A DNA stretch of 61,795 bases from a virus. Taxonomy: Duplodnaviria; Caudoviricetes. A program made the translations under genes and the position numbers. Below, piece after piece: positions 34,541 through 43,640 of this stretch (within the stretch, counting starts at the first letter, position 1; the number at the start of each line of letters is the position of its first letter). The notes beneath the pieces were generated by a model. The model was not told where the DNA came from and did no database searches. It was given only the letters and a program-made list of their open reading frames with translations. The stretch lies in IMG/VR virus record IMGVR_UViG_3300031825_000009, positions 1 to 61,795 of that record; one strand, 5' to 3'.

Positions 34541-35643
34541 GCGGCACCCCCTGCTGGCGCAGGGTTCGGCGCTCAACCATTCCTGCGCCGACAGCCACGT
34601 GGCGGGGCGATATCGTCTACAATCTCTCCAATTCTATCGTCACTCTCCCGGTCAATGTAGTACGCATAAACCATATTCTTTTCATTATTCATGAACTGAT
34701 GAATATCCGGTTTATTCGAGCATTCGAAATGAACTATTTTACTTCTAAGCTCGGTCGCGGGAGAGAATCTAATATCAACCTTCTCGTTTTCATAACTCCA
34801 TATAGAACCAACGACGCGGTTACTCGCGAATCGAACAACTCCGGTCACTCTGCTGAGATTGAAATATATTGTACCCCCATATATCTCAGTCTCTCTGGAA
34901 TTCATATCTGCGTCTATAATATTAAGTTCTTCGGCATTTATTTCTACCACATTTCCAGAAAATCTCACGTTTCTAATACTCCCGAAGAGTCGAATTTTGC
35001 AGTAATATTTGCAGTATATCTCCGCCCAGGAGAGGTCGGCATTTCTTGCGTCAATGCCATTTCCGGAGAGCACGTCAATCTTCGCGCCTCGGAGATTGGC
35101 ACTTTGAATATTCACCGAATCCATTCCTGCATTCGTGAGCTTGGCTCCCCTGAGGTCTGCCCCCTTCAGTTGAGCATTCGTCAGGTCCGCTCCATTGAGG
35201 TTAAGCCCGACCAGATAGGCGCCGGCCGCTCCCTCGGTGGGCGGGCTCAAGTCGATGCCGCTCAAAGACTGTGCGGCGCCACCGAAGAGACCGAGCCACG
35301 GTGGGCTCGCCAGATACTCCATCGCCTCGACCTTTCCGGAGTTGCCGGGCGCCGGGGTCGTGAGGAGTTGCCATGCGCGGGCGCGCCGCTCGGCCGGGCG
35401 CTCGCTGAGATCGATGACGAAAGCGGCGACCGCGATGACGACGGCGAACACCTCCGCGAGCCGGAAGGCGCGAACGACGCTGCTGCCCTCGGCGCGATCG
35501 AACCATGTCCGGCGCGGAGAAGTCTCCTTCGGAGATCCACGGCTTTCGCCGGGTTCCGGCAGTGCGGTCATGACGTCCCCCCCTTCGCGACCACCGTCAC
35601 GCTACTCGCGAGCCGGCCCTCAGCAAAGCGGGAAGCACCGTGA
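34537..35643 (+). CDS. Sense-strand ORF fully overlaying an antisense moron (putative translational bridge)
   Basis: GGGAGG-N6-ATG overlapping the cII-like stop; TGATG overlap with the methyltransferase start. Confidence 0.4.
   Translation: MSGTPCWRRVRRSTIPAPTATWRGDIVYNLSNSIVTLPVNVVRINHILFIIHELMNIRFIRAFEMNYFTSKLGRGRESNINLLVFITPYRTNDAVTRESNNSGHSAEIEIYCTPIYLSLSGIHICVYNIKFFGIYFYHISRKSHVSNTPEESNFAVIFAVYLRPGEVGISCVNAISGEHVNLRASEIGTLNIHRIHSCIRELGSPEVCPLQLSIRQVRSIEVKPDQIGAGRSLGGRAQVDAAQRLCGATEETEPRWARQILHRLDLSGVAGRRGREELPCAGAPLGRALAEIDDESGDRDDDGEHLREPEGANDAAALGAIEPCPARRSLLRRSTAFAGFRQCGHDVPPFATTVTLLASRPSAKREAP
34573..35571 (-). CDS. Pentapeptide-repeat membrane protein (moron)
   Basis: TM segment, RAWQLL, A(D/N)L pentapeptide repeats, AT-rich 3' half. 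Confidence 0.8.
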   Translation of the reverse strand: MTALPEPGESRGSPKETSPRRTWFDRAEGSSVVRAFRLAEVFAVVIAVAAFVIDLSERPAERRARAWQLLTTPAPGNSGKVEAMEYLASPPWLGLFGGAAQSLSGIDLSPPTEGAAGAYLVGLNLNGADLTNAQLKGADLRGAKLTNAGMDSVNIQSANLRGAKIDVLSGNGIDARNADLSWAEIYCKYYCKIRLFGSIRNVRFSGNVVEINAEELNIIDADMNSRETEIYGGTIYFNLSRVTGVVRFASNRVVGSIWSYENEKVDIRFSPATELRSKIVHFECSNKPDIHQFMNNEKNMVYAYYIDRESDDRIGEIVDDIAPPRGCRRRNG

Positions 35644-37613
35644 TGCGCGCCGCGACGGACCTTTTCGGGGCGATCGCCGGGCCGCGGCCAGCGCCGGGCG
35701 ACGAGCTCATCGTCGACTCGTTCGCCGGCGGCGGCGGGGCCTCGACCGGGATCGAGATGGCGCTCGGCCGCTCGCCCGACGTCGCCATCAACCACGATTC
35801 CTGGGCGCTCCGGGTCCACGCTGCGAACCACCCGGCAACCTGGCACCTCTCGAAGAACGTCTGGCAGGTCGACCCGCTCGAGGCCGTGCGCGGCCATGCC
35901 GTCGGCCTCGCCTGGTTCTCGCCGGACTGCAAGCACTTCTCGAAGGCGAAGGGCGGCAAGCCGGTGCGCAAGAGCGTGCGCGATCTCGCCTGGGTGGTGG
36001 TGCTGTGGGCGAAGCGGGTCCGGCCGCGCGTCATCATCCTGGAAAACGTCGAGGAATTCCGCGACTGGGGGCCGATCACCGCCGAGGGGCGGCCCTGCCC
36101 GGAGCGCAAGGGCGAGACCTTCGCGCGGTGGGTGGGGGAATTGAAGCGGCTCGGCTACCGGGTCGAGCACCGCGAGTTGCGCGCCTGCGACTACGGCGCG
36201 CCGACGACGCGCAAGCGGCTGTTCCTGATCGCCCGGCGCGACGGGCGGCCGATCGTCTGGCCGGCGGCGACGCACGGGCGGCCCGACGACCCGGAGGTGC
36301 TGGCCGGCCGCAAGCGGCCGTGGCGGACCGCGGCGGAAATCATCGACTGGTCGCTGCCGTGCCCCTCGATCTTCGCCTCGAGCGCGGAGATCAGGGCGGC
36401 GCTCGGGGTCACCGCCAAGCGGCCGCTCGCCGAGGCGACCATGGCGCGAATTGCGAAAGGCGTGTGGCGCTACGTGGTGACGGCGAAGCGGCCGTTCATC
36501 GTGCCGGTGACGCACGCCGGCGACCTGCGCGTGCACTCGGCCGACGAGCCGCTGCGGACGATCACCACGGCCATGCGCGGTGAGCTGGCGGTGGTGGCGC
36601 CGGCGCTCGCCGCGCCGTTCGCGAGCTACGGCCAGCAGGGCGGCGCCTCGCGGCCGCTCGACGCGCCGCACTCGACGATCACGGCGAGCCGGAAGGATAC
36701 GAACGGGCTCGTCGTGCCCACTCTCGTCCCGGTCGATCTCGTCGCCGGGGCGATGGTGCAGACGGGCTATGGCGAGCGCAAAGGGCAGGCCCCGCGGGCG
36801 CTCGACGTCGAGGCGCCGATCGGCACGCAGGTCGCCGGGGCGACGAAGCACGCCGTGGTCGCGGCGCACCTCTCGATCATGCGCAACTCGGACAAGCCAT
36901 TCACGGCGGCCGACGAGCCGATGCACACGATCACGGCCGAAGGGGCACGCCCGGCCCTCGTCTCGGCCTTCCTCGCGCAGCATAACACCGGCGTCGTCGG
37001 GCACGAGGCCGGCAAGCCGCTCTCGACGATCACCTCGGGCGGGATGCACGGCGTCTCGCAGCAGGCGATCGTGGCGGCGCACCTGCAGCGGCAGTTCTCG
37101 CGCTCGGTCGGGGCGGAGGCCGGCGAGCCGCTGCGCACCGATTCCGAGCGCGGCAAGGATGCCGTGGTCGCGGCGCACCTCCTCAACCTGCACGGCGGCG
37201 ACCGGCGCGACCGCGCCGCCGACGAGCCGGTGCCGACCATCGCCGCCGGCGGCAACCACGTCGCGGAAGTCCGCGCCTTCCTGATGCGCTACTACGGCGA
37301 GGGCGGGCAGTGGTCGGCCTGCGACGAGCCGGTGCCGACGGACACGGTGAAGCCGCGCTTCGGGCTCGTGACCGTTTCCGGCGTCGAGTACCAGATCGTC
37401 GACATCGGCATGCGGATGCTGACGCCGCGCGAGCGCTTCGACGCGCAGGGTTTTCCGCCCGGCTACATCATCGACACGACGCTCGACGGCAAGCCGATCA
37501 CCGCGGAGATCCAGGGCCGGCTCGTCGGCAACTCGGTCTGCCCGCCGATGGCCGCCGCCCTCGTCGCCGCCAACTGCGCCGACCTCGCGGTCGCGCAGGA
37601 GGCGGCGGAGTGA
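35643..37613 (+). CDS. DNA (cytosine-5) methyltransferase
   Basis: FAGGGG, SPDCKHFS, ENVEEF, RKRLF, GNSVCP. Confidence 0.93.
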   Translation: MRAATDLFGAIAGPRPAPGDELIVDSFAGGGGASTGIEMALGRSPDVAINHDSWALRVHAANHPATWHLSKNVWQVDPLEAVRGHAVGLAWFSPDCKHFSKAKGGKPVRKSVRDLAWVVVLWAKRVRPRVIILENVEEFRDWGPITAEGRPCPERKGETFARWVGELKRLGYRVEHRELRACDYGAPTTRKRLFLIARRDGRPIVWPAATHGRPDDPEVLAGRKRPWRTAAEIIDWSLPCPSIFASSAEIRAALGVTAKRPLAEATMARIAKGVWRYVVTAKRPFIVPVTHAGDLRVHSADEPLRTITTAMRGELAVVAPALAAPFASYGQQGGASRPLDAPHSTITASRKDTNGLVVPTLVPVDLVAGAMVQTGYGERKGQAPRALDVEAPIGTQVAGATKHAVVAAHLSIMRNSDKPFTAADEPMHTITAEGARPALVSAFLAQHNTGVVGHEAGKPLSTITSGGMHGVSQQAIVAAHLQRQFSRSVGAEAGEPLRTDSERGKDAVVAAHLLNLHGGDRRDRAADEPVPTIAAGGNHVAEVRAFLMRYYGEGGQWSACDEPVPTDTVKPRFGLVTVSGVEYQIVDIGMRMLTPRERFDAQGFPPGYIIDTTLDGKPITAEIQGRLVGNSVCPPMAAALVAANCADLAVAQEAAE

Positions 37614-39580
37614 CGGCGACATTGGCTTCCAGCTCAGAAGGCGCTGAATTGCGCACCCACTCTTCAGGGCCGTCAGGAGACAATAGGGCTCCCGAATACT
37701 CAACCTCGATCGATCTCAGCGTCTATTTTTCTTACAAGCGAGTAAACCCTTCTTTCTTCGGAGGACGCCGCACTTTTAATTTTGACTATCGCCTCGTGCA
37801 ATTCGCTCAAGCTCTTCTCACATTTCGCGATAAATCGACCCGCACTATTGCTTCCGGACGGAAGATTCCAATATTCACTACTTATCCCCTCCAATACGAC
37901 CCCGTAGGCGCGGGTTACAACCCTCTCAAGATTGTCCGCAGCATCCATGATTCCGCTGGAGGCCGCATCAATCCTTGCACTATCAACCAATTCGAGGATC
38001 GAATTGGACGCCTCGTACGCATTCACTATCGTTATTTCATCTTTTGTGATGAATTCATCACGGGACGTATCTTCTCCATTAGGCTGATAAGCCATTCTTG
38101 TTCTGTTTATAGTAAAATTCATTATTCTTATGAATTTATCAATATCCTTGTTCTTTCTTTTTATCTCTACCCTGTACTTCAAAATAGATGCTCTTGTCTT
38201 CTTCAAATCCGTGCGTCGATTAATGTTAAACTGGTGCCAGACCGGTCGGGTGGCAACATACGCCGCGATCAACGTGAGCGCACCGCCGAGCGCCGTCGCT
38301 GCGACACCAAGCCATTCACGCGCGCATTGGATAGTGTTCTCGGAATCCGCTTTTCCGCACAGCGCAGGAATTCCGACATTGTCTTCAAAATAGAACCTAC
38401 AAATCAGCATTCCGAGAATGGTGCTAAATACGCCGCACGCTACGATCGGAATAATCCCGCCCGGATTTTCCTTCTTGCTCAATACTATCACTCCCATTCT
38501 TCTATTTCGCTGCCTAAAGAATGTAGATTTCTGTCAAACATCCGGCGTCTAGGTGGTGCGATGCCCCGCATCGCTCGGGGGAGCGTCGTCGATGAGGCGC
38601 GACAAGCAGGTATTGCGAGTGGACAGTCGTGCCGCGTCGTAGGGGCAAAGGAGCGCCAGGTTGATTTCATCGGGCCGCGGCCTGCGAACGAGGTGCGCTG
38701 CGATGCGAAAGGCGGCTGCATCTATGGCCAAGCGAAAGACGCCCGAGCGTTTACCGCCCGGGCGTCCATGTCAGGCGGCGACCGCCTCGACGATGAGGCG
38801 CACGCCGAGGGCGCGTGCGGCCTTGTCGAGCCGATCGAGCTTCGTGTTGTGCGACGGATCGAGGATCCGCCGCACCTCGCCTTCATCGAGGCCGAGCCGT
38901 GCCGCGAGCGCGACCTTGCTCACGCGGCTCGCCCGCCATGCGGACCAGACGGCCAGCTTGGCGGCGAAGGGGGCCGGCAGCGGAACGGCCACCTCCCCCT
39001 CGATGGGCGCGCTCGGGACCGGGATGTCCATCCCGTCCTTCATGCGCCCGCCGATCGCCACGACGAGGGCATCCTCGGCCTGATCCAGCGCCTCGGCTTC
39101 GGTCCGGCCGGCGGTGATCACCTCCGGCAGATCACGGCACGAGACGAGGATTTCGTCACCTTCGCCCGACCGTTCCAAGCGGACCGGCCATGCGAAGGAC
39201 CGCGGGTGCTCAGACATCAATTCCGATCTCCTTTCATCGGCGGCGTCCGTGAGGGGGCTCGCGCCCCCTCACAACTCCGCCGGATCAATTCCGACCTGTT
39301 CGCAGATCCGGCGAATGTGCATCGGGCTCAAGTCGCCGTCCTGCACCGTCGTTACCCGGCCTCCGAACCTGACCCGGTAGTGGCTGCCTTTGCCCAAGGT
39401 CTTGTCGACCTCGATTTCCAGCCCCCGCTTCCGGGCCAACCGGCGGAGCTTCCGGATCAGCTGATCTCTCAGCATGGGGTCGCTCCCGTTCAGTTTGTAG
39501 GGTCAATATCGGACAAAAATGTCCGCCCGTCAAGCGTGATCGGCGCTTTTTGTCCGATTTTTTCGGAGCGCACGGCATGA
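37610..39580 (+). CDS. 656-codon sense-strand ORF overlaying three antisense genes (putative translational bridge)
   Basis: AGGAGG-N7-GTG overlapping the methyltransferase stop; ATGA overlap with the primase start. Confidence 0.4.
   Translation: MTATLASSSEGAELRTHSSGPSGDNRAPEYSTSIDLSVYFSYKRVNPSFFGGRRTFNFDYRLVQFAQALLTFRDKSTRTIASGRKIPIFTTYPLQYDPVGAGYNPLKIVRSIHDSAGGRINPCTINQFEDRIGRLVRIHYRYFIFCDEFITGRIFSIRLISHSCSVYSKIHYSYEFINILVLSFYLYPVLQNRCSCLLQIRASINVKLVPDRSGGNIRRDQRERTAERRRCDTKPFTRALDSVLGIRFSAQRRNSDIVFKIEPTNQHSENGAKYAARYDRNNPARIFLLAQYYHSHSSISLPKECRFLSNIRRLGGAMPRIARGSVVDEARQAGIASGQSCRVVGAKERQVDFIGPRPANEVRCDAKGGCIYGQAKDARAFTARASMSGGDRLDDEAHAEGACGLVEPIELRVVRRIEDPPHLAFIEAEPCRERDLAHAARPPCGPDGQLGGEGGRQRNGHLPLDGRARDRDVHPVLHAPADRHDEGILGLIQRLGFGPAGGDHLRQITARDEDFVTFARPFQADRPCEGPRVLRHQFRSPFIGGVREGARAPSQLRRINSDLFADPANVHRAQVAVLHRRYPASEPDPVVAAFAQGLVDLDFQPPLPGQPAELPDQLISQHGVAPVQFVGSISDKNVRPSSVIGAFCPIFSERTA
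37700..38497 (-). CDS. AT-rich membrane protein (moron)
   Basis: Two TM segments flanking CAREWLG, followed by a helical domain; lower GC. Confidence 0.7.
   Translation of the reverse strand: MGVIVLSKKENPGGIIPIVACGVFSTILGMLICRFYFEDNVGIPALCGKADSENTIQCAREWLGVAATALGGALTLIAAYVATRPVWHQFNINRRTDLKKTRASILKYRVEIKRKNKDIDKFIRIMNFTINRTRMAYQPNGEDTSRDEFITKDEITIVNAYEASNSILELVDSARIDAASSGIMDAADNLERVVTRAYGVVLEGISSEYWNLPSGSNSAGRFIAKCEKSLSELHEAIVKIKSAASSEERRVYSLVRKIDAEIDRG
38771..39220 (-). CDS. hicB: HicB antitoxin
   Basis: VSCRDLPEVITAGRTEAEALDQAEDAL plus C-terminal HTH. Confidence 0.9.
   Translation of the reverse strand: MMSEHPRSFAWPVRLERSGEGDEILVSCRDLPEVITAGRTEAEALDQAEDALVVAIGGRMKDGMDIPVPSAPIEGEVAVPLPAPFAAKLAVWSAWRASRVSKVALAARLGLDEGEVRRILDPSHNTKLDRLDKAARALGVRLIVEAVAA
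39269..39475 (-). CDS. hicA: HicA toxin
   Basis: GKGSH motif, 68 aa, upstream of hicB. Confidence 0.85.
   Translation of the reverse strand: MLRDQLIRKLRRLARKRGLEIEVDKTLGKGSHYRVRFGGRVTTVQDGDLSPMHIRRICEQVGIDPAEL
39508..39558 (-). promoter_or_regulatory. hicAB promoter/operator
   Basis: TTGACG-N17-GATATT containing the CGGACA-N4-TGTCCG palindrome; 12-bp IR at 39508-39519/39547-39558. Confidence 0.65.
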
Positions 39581-40647
39581 CCTCGCGCGATGACGGCGAC
39601 GTCATCCGCGGGCGGCTCGTCGACGAGCTCGAGCGGCTGCTCGACGCCTATTGCCCTGGGTGGCTCGAGGTGCGCGGCGAAGGCTATCTCGCGCCGAAGA
39701 GCCGGGGCGACCTCGGCTCCTGGCGGGTGACGCTCGACGGGCAGCGGCGCGGGCTCTGGTATCGCCACAGCCAAGGCCTCGGCGGCGACGTGCTGGCGCT
39801 TCTCGCCTATTGCCTGTCCGGCAGCGTCAAGGTGGACGCGCGCACCTTCGAGGAGGCGCGGCGCTTCCTCGGCATCGAGGGGCGGCCGGACCCGGCCGAG
39901 GCCGAGAGGCGCCGGCGCGAGGCGGAGGCGCGGCGCGCCGCGCACGCCCGCGACGCCGCCGAGGCGCGGCTGCGCGAGACGATGAAGGCGCGCGACATCT
40001 GGCGCGCCGCCCGGCCGGCGGCGGGGACGCCGGTCGCCCGGTGGCTCGCCGCGCGCGGGCTCGACCTCGCCGCCGTGCCGCCGACGCTGCGGTTTCACCC
40101 GCGCCTGCCCTACTGGTGGTCGCCGCCGCGCGCCAAAGGCGAGGCGCCGCCGCGGCCCGTCGTCATCCACGACGGCCCGGCGATGGTCGGCCTCGTGACG
40201 CACGGGGAGACGGGGCGGCTCGTCGGGGTGCACCTGACGTGGCTCGCCGAGGATGGGCGGGCGAAGGCGGCGATCACCGCGCCGGACGGCAGGCCGCAGC
40301 TCGCCCGCAAGATGCGCGGCGCGCCGCGGGGCGGACACGTGCGCCTGGCGCCGCCGGCGGCGGCGATCGTGGTGGCCGAGGGGGTCGAGACCGCGCTCGC
40401 CGTGATGGCGGCGACGGGGCTGCCGACCTTCGCCGCGCTCTCGCTCGGCAACCTCGCCGCGCCCCTACCGGCCGGCGTCGGCGCCGTAGTGCTGGCGGTC
40501 GATGCCGACGAGGCCGACCCGGCCCGCGCCGAGACGACGAAGCGCGCCGCGGCCGAGGCGCACGCCGCCCGCGGGCTCGCCGTGAGCATCGCCCGGCCGC
40601 CGGCGGGGCACGACTTCAACTCGCTCTATCGAGGCGGGACGCGATGA
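39577..40647 (+). CDS. Toprim-type primase-like protein
   Basis: LRFHPRL, GVHLTWL, VAEGVETAL, DFNS. Confidence 0.8.
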   Translation: MTSRDDGDVIRGRLVDELERLLDAYCPGWLEVRGEGYLAPKSRGDLGSWRVTLDGQRRGLWYRHSQGLGGDVLALLAYCLSGSVKVDARTFEEARRFLGIEGRPDPAEAERRRREAEARRAAHARDAAEARLRETMKARDIWRAARPAAGTPVARWLAARGLDLAAVPPTLRFHPRLPYWWSPPRAKGEAPPRPVVIHDGPAMVGLVTHGETGRLVGVHLTWLAEDGRAKAAITAPDGRPQLARKMRGAPRGGHVRLAPPAAAIVVAEGVETALAVMAATGLPTFAALSLGNLAAPLPAGVGAVVLAVDADEADPARAETTKRAAAEAHAARGLAVSIARPPAGHDFNSLYRGGTR

Positions 40648-42458
40648 CGGACCACGACGACCTCGCCGGACCCGACGCCGTGCGCGACGCCATCGCGGCG
40701 GCCGAGCCCTACGCCGCGCGGCCCGCCCGCCCCGCAGCCCCGGCCGACCTCGGCGGCGCCTTCGCCGACGACGAGGCCGAGGGTAGCGAGGCGCCCTCGG
40801 AAACGCTGGGGGGCGCCGGGGGGCGCGCGGGCGCGATCGACATGGCGGTCGTGGGGGAGTGCGCGGCGCTCGACCACTCCGACACCGACAACGGGCGGCG
40901 GCTCATCGCGCACTTCGGCGCGGATCTGCGCGTCTTCCAGACCTCCGGCGAGCGCAATGCGGGCTTCGTGGTGTGGGCCGGAACGCACTGGAACCTCGAC
41001 ACCGGCAAGGACGCCGCCTTCGCGATGGCACAACGGGTGGGCGGGCTCATCGCGCTCGAGGCCGACCACCTCGCCCAGACGCCGGCCGAGGCGCGGGCGA
41101 TCGACGAGGGCGAGGCGGCCGCCGAGGCGCTCGCCCGGATGGAACCGCGGCGGGCCGAGTGGTCGGATGCCGACAAGGCGACGGCGCGGCGGCTGGAGCG
41201 CGCCATCGACGCCGCCGATGCCGCCCGCGACGCGCTCGACAAGCGGAAGGCGGCGCGGCGGAAATTCGGCGTCTCCTCGAAGAACGCGGCGCGGCTGAAG
41301 GCGATGCTGGAATGCGCCGCGCCGATGCTGCTGACGCCGCCGGAGGCCTTCAACCGCGACCCGCTGGTGGTGGCGACGCGCACGCACACCCTGCGCTTCC
41401 GCCGCACGCCCGACCTCGAATGCCCGGATCCCGACGGGCTGCGCTGGACGGCCGAGTGCATCGCGAGCGACGGGCACCGGCGCGACGACCTCGTGACGCG
41501 CATCGTCGACCTCGCTTTTGACGACGCGGCGGCGTGCCCGCTCTTCGACGCCTTCCTGCTGCGCTTCCTGCCTGTCGATTCGGTCCGCCGCTTCGTGCAG
41601 GTGGTGGCGGGGCTCGGGCTCCTCGGCTCGACGGTGCAGAAGCTCGTCTTCCACTACGGCGAGGGGGCGAACGGCAAGAGCGTGTTCCTGCAGACGATCG
41701 CCAACGTGCTCGGCGCGCTCGCCTCGACGCTCTCGCCCGACGCCATCACCGGATCGAACCAGCGGCAGGGCAACCAGGCGAGCCCGGAGCTCGCCCGGCT
41801 CTTCGGCAAGCGCTTCGTCCGCGTCTCGGAACTGCCGGAGGGCATTCCGCTGCAGGAGGAACTGGTGAAGCGCCTTTCGGGCGGCGAGGACATTCCCGTC
41901 CGAAACCTCTTCCAGGGCATCTTCGACTTCCACCCGGAATTCATCGCCCACATGTCGGGCAACGGCTATCCGCGTATCGAGGGCACGAACAACGGCATCT
42001 GGCGCCGTATGGCGGTGGTGCACTGGCCGGTGACGCTGGCCGAGGACGAACAGAAGCCCTTCGACGAGGTGATCGACGGCTTCCGCCCGGAATATTCCGG
42101 CATCCTCAACTGGCTGGTGCAGGGCGCGCTGATCTACCTCGCCGAGGGGCTCTACGTGCCGCCGGAGGTGAAGGCGGCGACGAAGGAATACCGCGACGAG
42201 ATGGACCCGATCGGGCCGTTCTGCGAGGCGTGCGTCGAGGTCTTTCCCGAAGGCATCGTCCAGGCGCGCGAGATGTATGAAGCCTATGTGTCGTGGGCGA
42301 TGGCGAACGGCGTCAAGCCTATTCACGAGACGCGGTTCGGAAAGACGATGAAGACACGATTCCGGCGCGACGATGAGCGCATCCGCCGCTACCACGACTG
42401 CCGATTGCACGACGTGCCGCTGCGACCGGACACACCCCGCAACCCCCGGGAGGATTGA
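40644..42458 (+). CDS. P4-family primase / D5-like helicase
   Basis: DTDNGRRL, GEGANGKS Walker A, GIWRRM. Confidence 0.88.
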   Translation: MTDHDDLAGPDAVRDAIAAAEPYAARPARPAAPADLGGAFADDEAEGSEAPSETLGGAGGRAGAIDMAVVGECAALDHSDTDNGRRLIAHFGADLRVFQTSGERNAGFVVWAGTHWNLDTGKDAAFAMAQRVGGLIALEADHLAQTPAEARAIDEGEAAAEALARMEPRRAEWSDADKATARRLERAIDAADAARDALDKRKAARRKFGVSSKNAARLKAMLECAAPMLLTPPEAFNRDPLVVATRTHTLRFRRTPDLECPDPDGLRWTAECIASDGHRRDDLVTRIVDLAFDDAAACPLFDAFLLRFLPVDSVRRFVQVVAGLGLLGSTVQKLVFHYGEGANGKSVFLQTIANVLGALASTLSPDAITGSNQRQGNQASPELARLFGKRFVRVSELPEGIPLQEELVKRLSGGEDIPVRNLFQGIFDFHPEFIAHMSGNGYPRIEGTNNGIWRRMAVVHWPVTLAEDEQKPFDEVIDGFRPEYSGILNWLVQGALIYLAEGLYVPPEVKAATKEYRDEMDPIGPFCEACVEVFPEGIVQAREMYEAYVSWAMANGVKPIHETRFGKTMKTRFRRDDERIRRYHDCRLHDVPLRPDTPRNPRED

Positions 42459-42473
42459 CCGGCGACTGCGGCC

Positions 42474-42787
42474 GACCCTCGCGCCCGCTGCGGTTGTCGA
42501 GGGTCGCGAGGGTTCGCGAGGGTTTGAGGCAAACCCTCGCGCGACGAAACAGCGAGCCGGGCCAATGGCTTCAGGACGGCTTGCGAGGGTTGCGAGGGTT
42601 TTCGCGCCCGTACGCATGGCGAATGGGGTCACGGGGCCGAAGGACGATCGAATTCCAAGTCTTCATGTGTATAGACAGTCAAACCCTCGCAACCCTCGCA
42701 GAGGATATGCAGATGATTGATATCGATAGGGAAAATGACCGCGAGGGTTCGTTCGTGGACCCTCGCGGACCCTCGCGACCCTCGCAG
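42474..42787. repeat. Iteron cluster (GCGAGGGT) in both orientations, putative replication origin
   Basis: About a dozen copies immediately after the helicase gene. Confidence 0.75.
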
Positions 42788-43492
42788 GACGCCCGCGGCG
42801 TGCGCCTCGTCGACCCGGACAGCGTCGACCCGGCGATCAAGGCGTGGTGGTTCGGCCGCCTCGCCGAGGCGGCGGGGCGGCGGGCGGCCGAGCGGGCGCG
42901 CGAGGCGGCGGGCGACGGCCGCGGCGCGTGGCATCTGGTGCAGACCGTGCCGCGCGGCGAGGTGCTGGCCGCCGGGGCGCTCGGCGAGGCGGGGTTCGGC
43001 GTGTTCCTGCCGCGCTACCGGGCGAGCGTGCCGGTGGGCCGCTTGGTGCCCGGGCGGACGCGGCGGGTGATCGCCGTCGAGCGGGCGCTGTTCGCGGGCT
43101 ATCTCTTCGTCCGCGTCGAGCCGGGACAGGGCTGCTACGGCGTCGGCAAGGCGCGCGGCGTGGCGCGAATCGTGGCGACGGGGGAGGGGCCGGCTGTCGT
43201 TCCCGACGTGGTGGTCGGGGCGCTCATGGCCGAGGCGGACGCGGCGGGGCTGATGGCGCCGCCGCCGGACGGGCCGAGCGGCGCCGTGCTCTGGGCGGTC
43301 GGCGAGGTGGTCCGGATGATCGGCGGTCCGCTCGCCGGGTTCGAAGGGCCGGTGACGGCTGTTGACGAACGGGGCGCGGTGCGGGTAGATCTTGCGCTGT
43401 TCGGTCGCGCGGTTGCGGTGACCGCGTCTGCTGAAGATGTCGCCAAGGTGACGTCTTCGCCTCGGAAGAGACCGAGGCAGAAGCGACGGTAG
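42707..43492 (+). CDS. NusG/RfaH-like antiterminator (start uncertain)
   Basis: WHLVQT...LFAGYLFV NGN domain; GEVVRMIGGPLAGFEG KOW motif. Confidence 0.82.
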   Translation: MQMIDIDRENDREGSFVDPRGPSRPSQDARGVRLVDPDSVDPAIKAWWFGRLAEAAGRRAAERAREAAGDGRGAWHLVQTVPRGEVLAAGALGEAGFGVFLPRYRASVPVGRLVPGRTRRVIAVERALFAGYLFVRVEPGQGCYGVGKARGVARIVATGEGPAVVPDVVVGALMAEADAAGLMAPPPDGPSGAVLWAVGEVVRMIGGPLAGFEGPVTAVDERGAVRVDLALFGRAVAVTASAEDVAKVTSSPRKRPRQKRR

Positions 43493-43610
43493 GGGCGGCG
43501 ACGGTGACCTCCGGTCCGCCCCAGCAACGCCGGGTGCAATAGACCGGCCTTCCTCCGGGGTGCGATGCACTCGGAGTGCGGCGCTAGAAATCATCATCAT
43601 CGACTGACCG

Positions 43611-43640
43611 AGCCCGGCCGGCCCAGCCCGCCGGGCTTTC
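43611..43640 (+). terminator. Terminator-like hairpin before the late operon
   Basis: AGCCCGGC...GCCGGGCT followed by TTC. Confidence 0.55.

Noticed and set aside
34573-35571. Qnr-type quinolone resistance gene
   Set aside because: Short repeat tract with a TM anchor and an unrelated C-terminus, unlike soluble all-repeat Qnr
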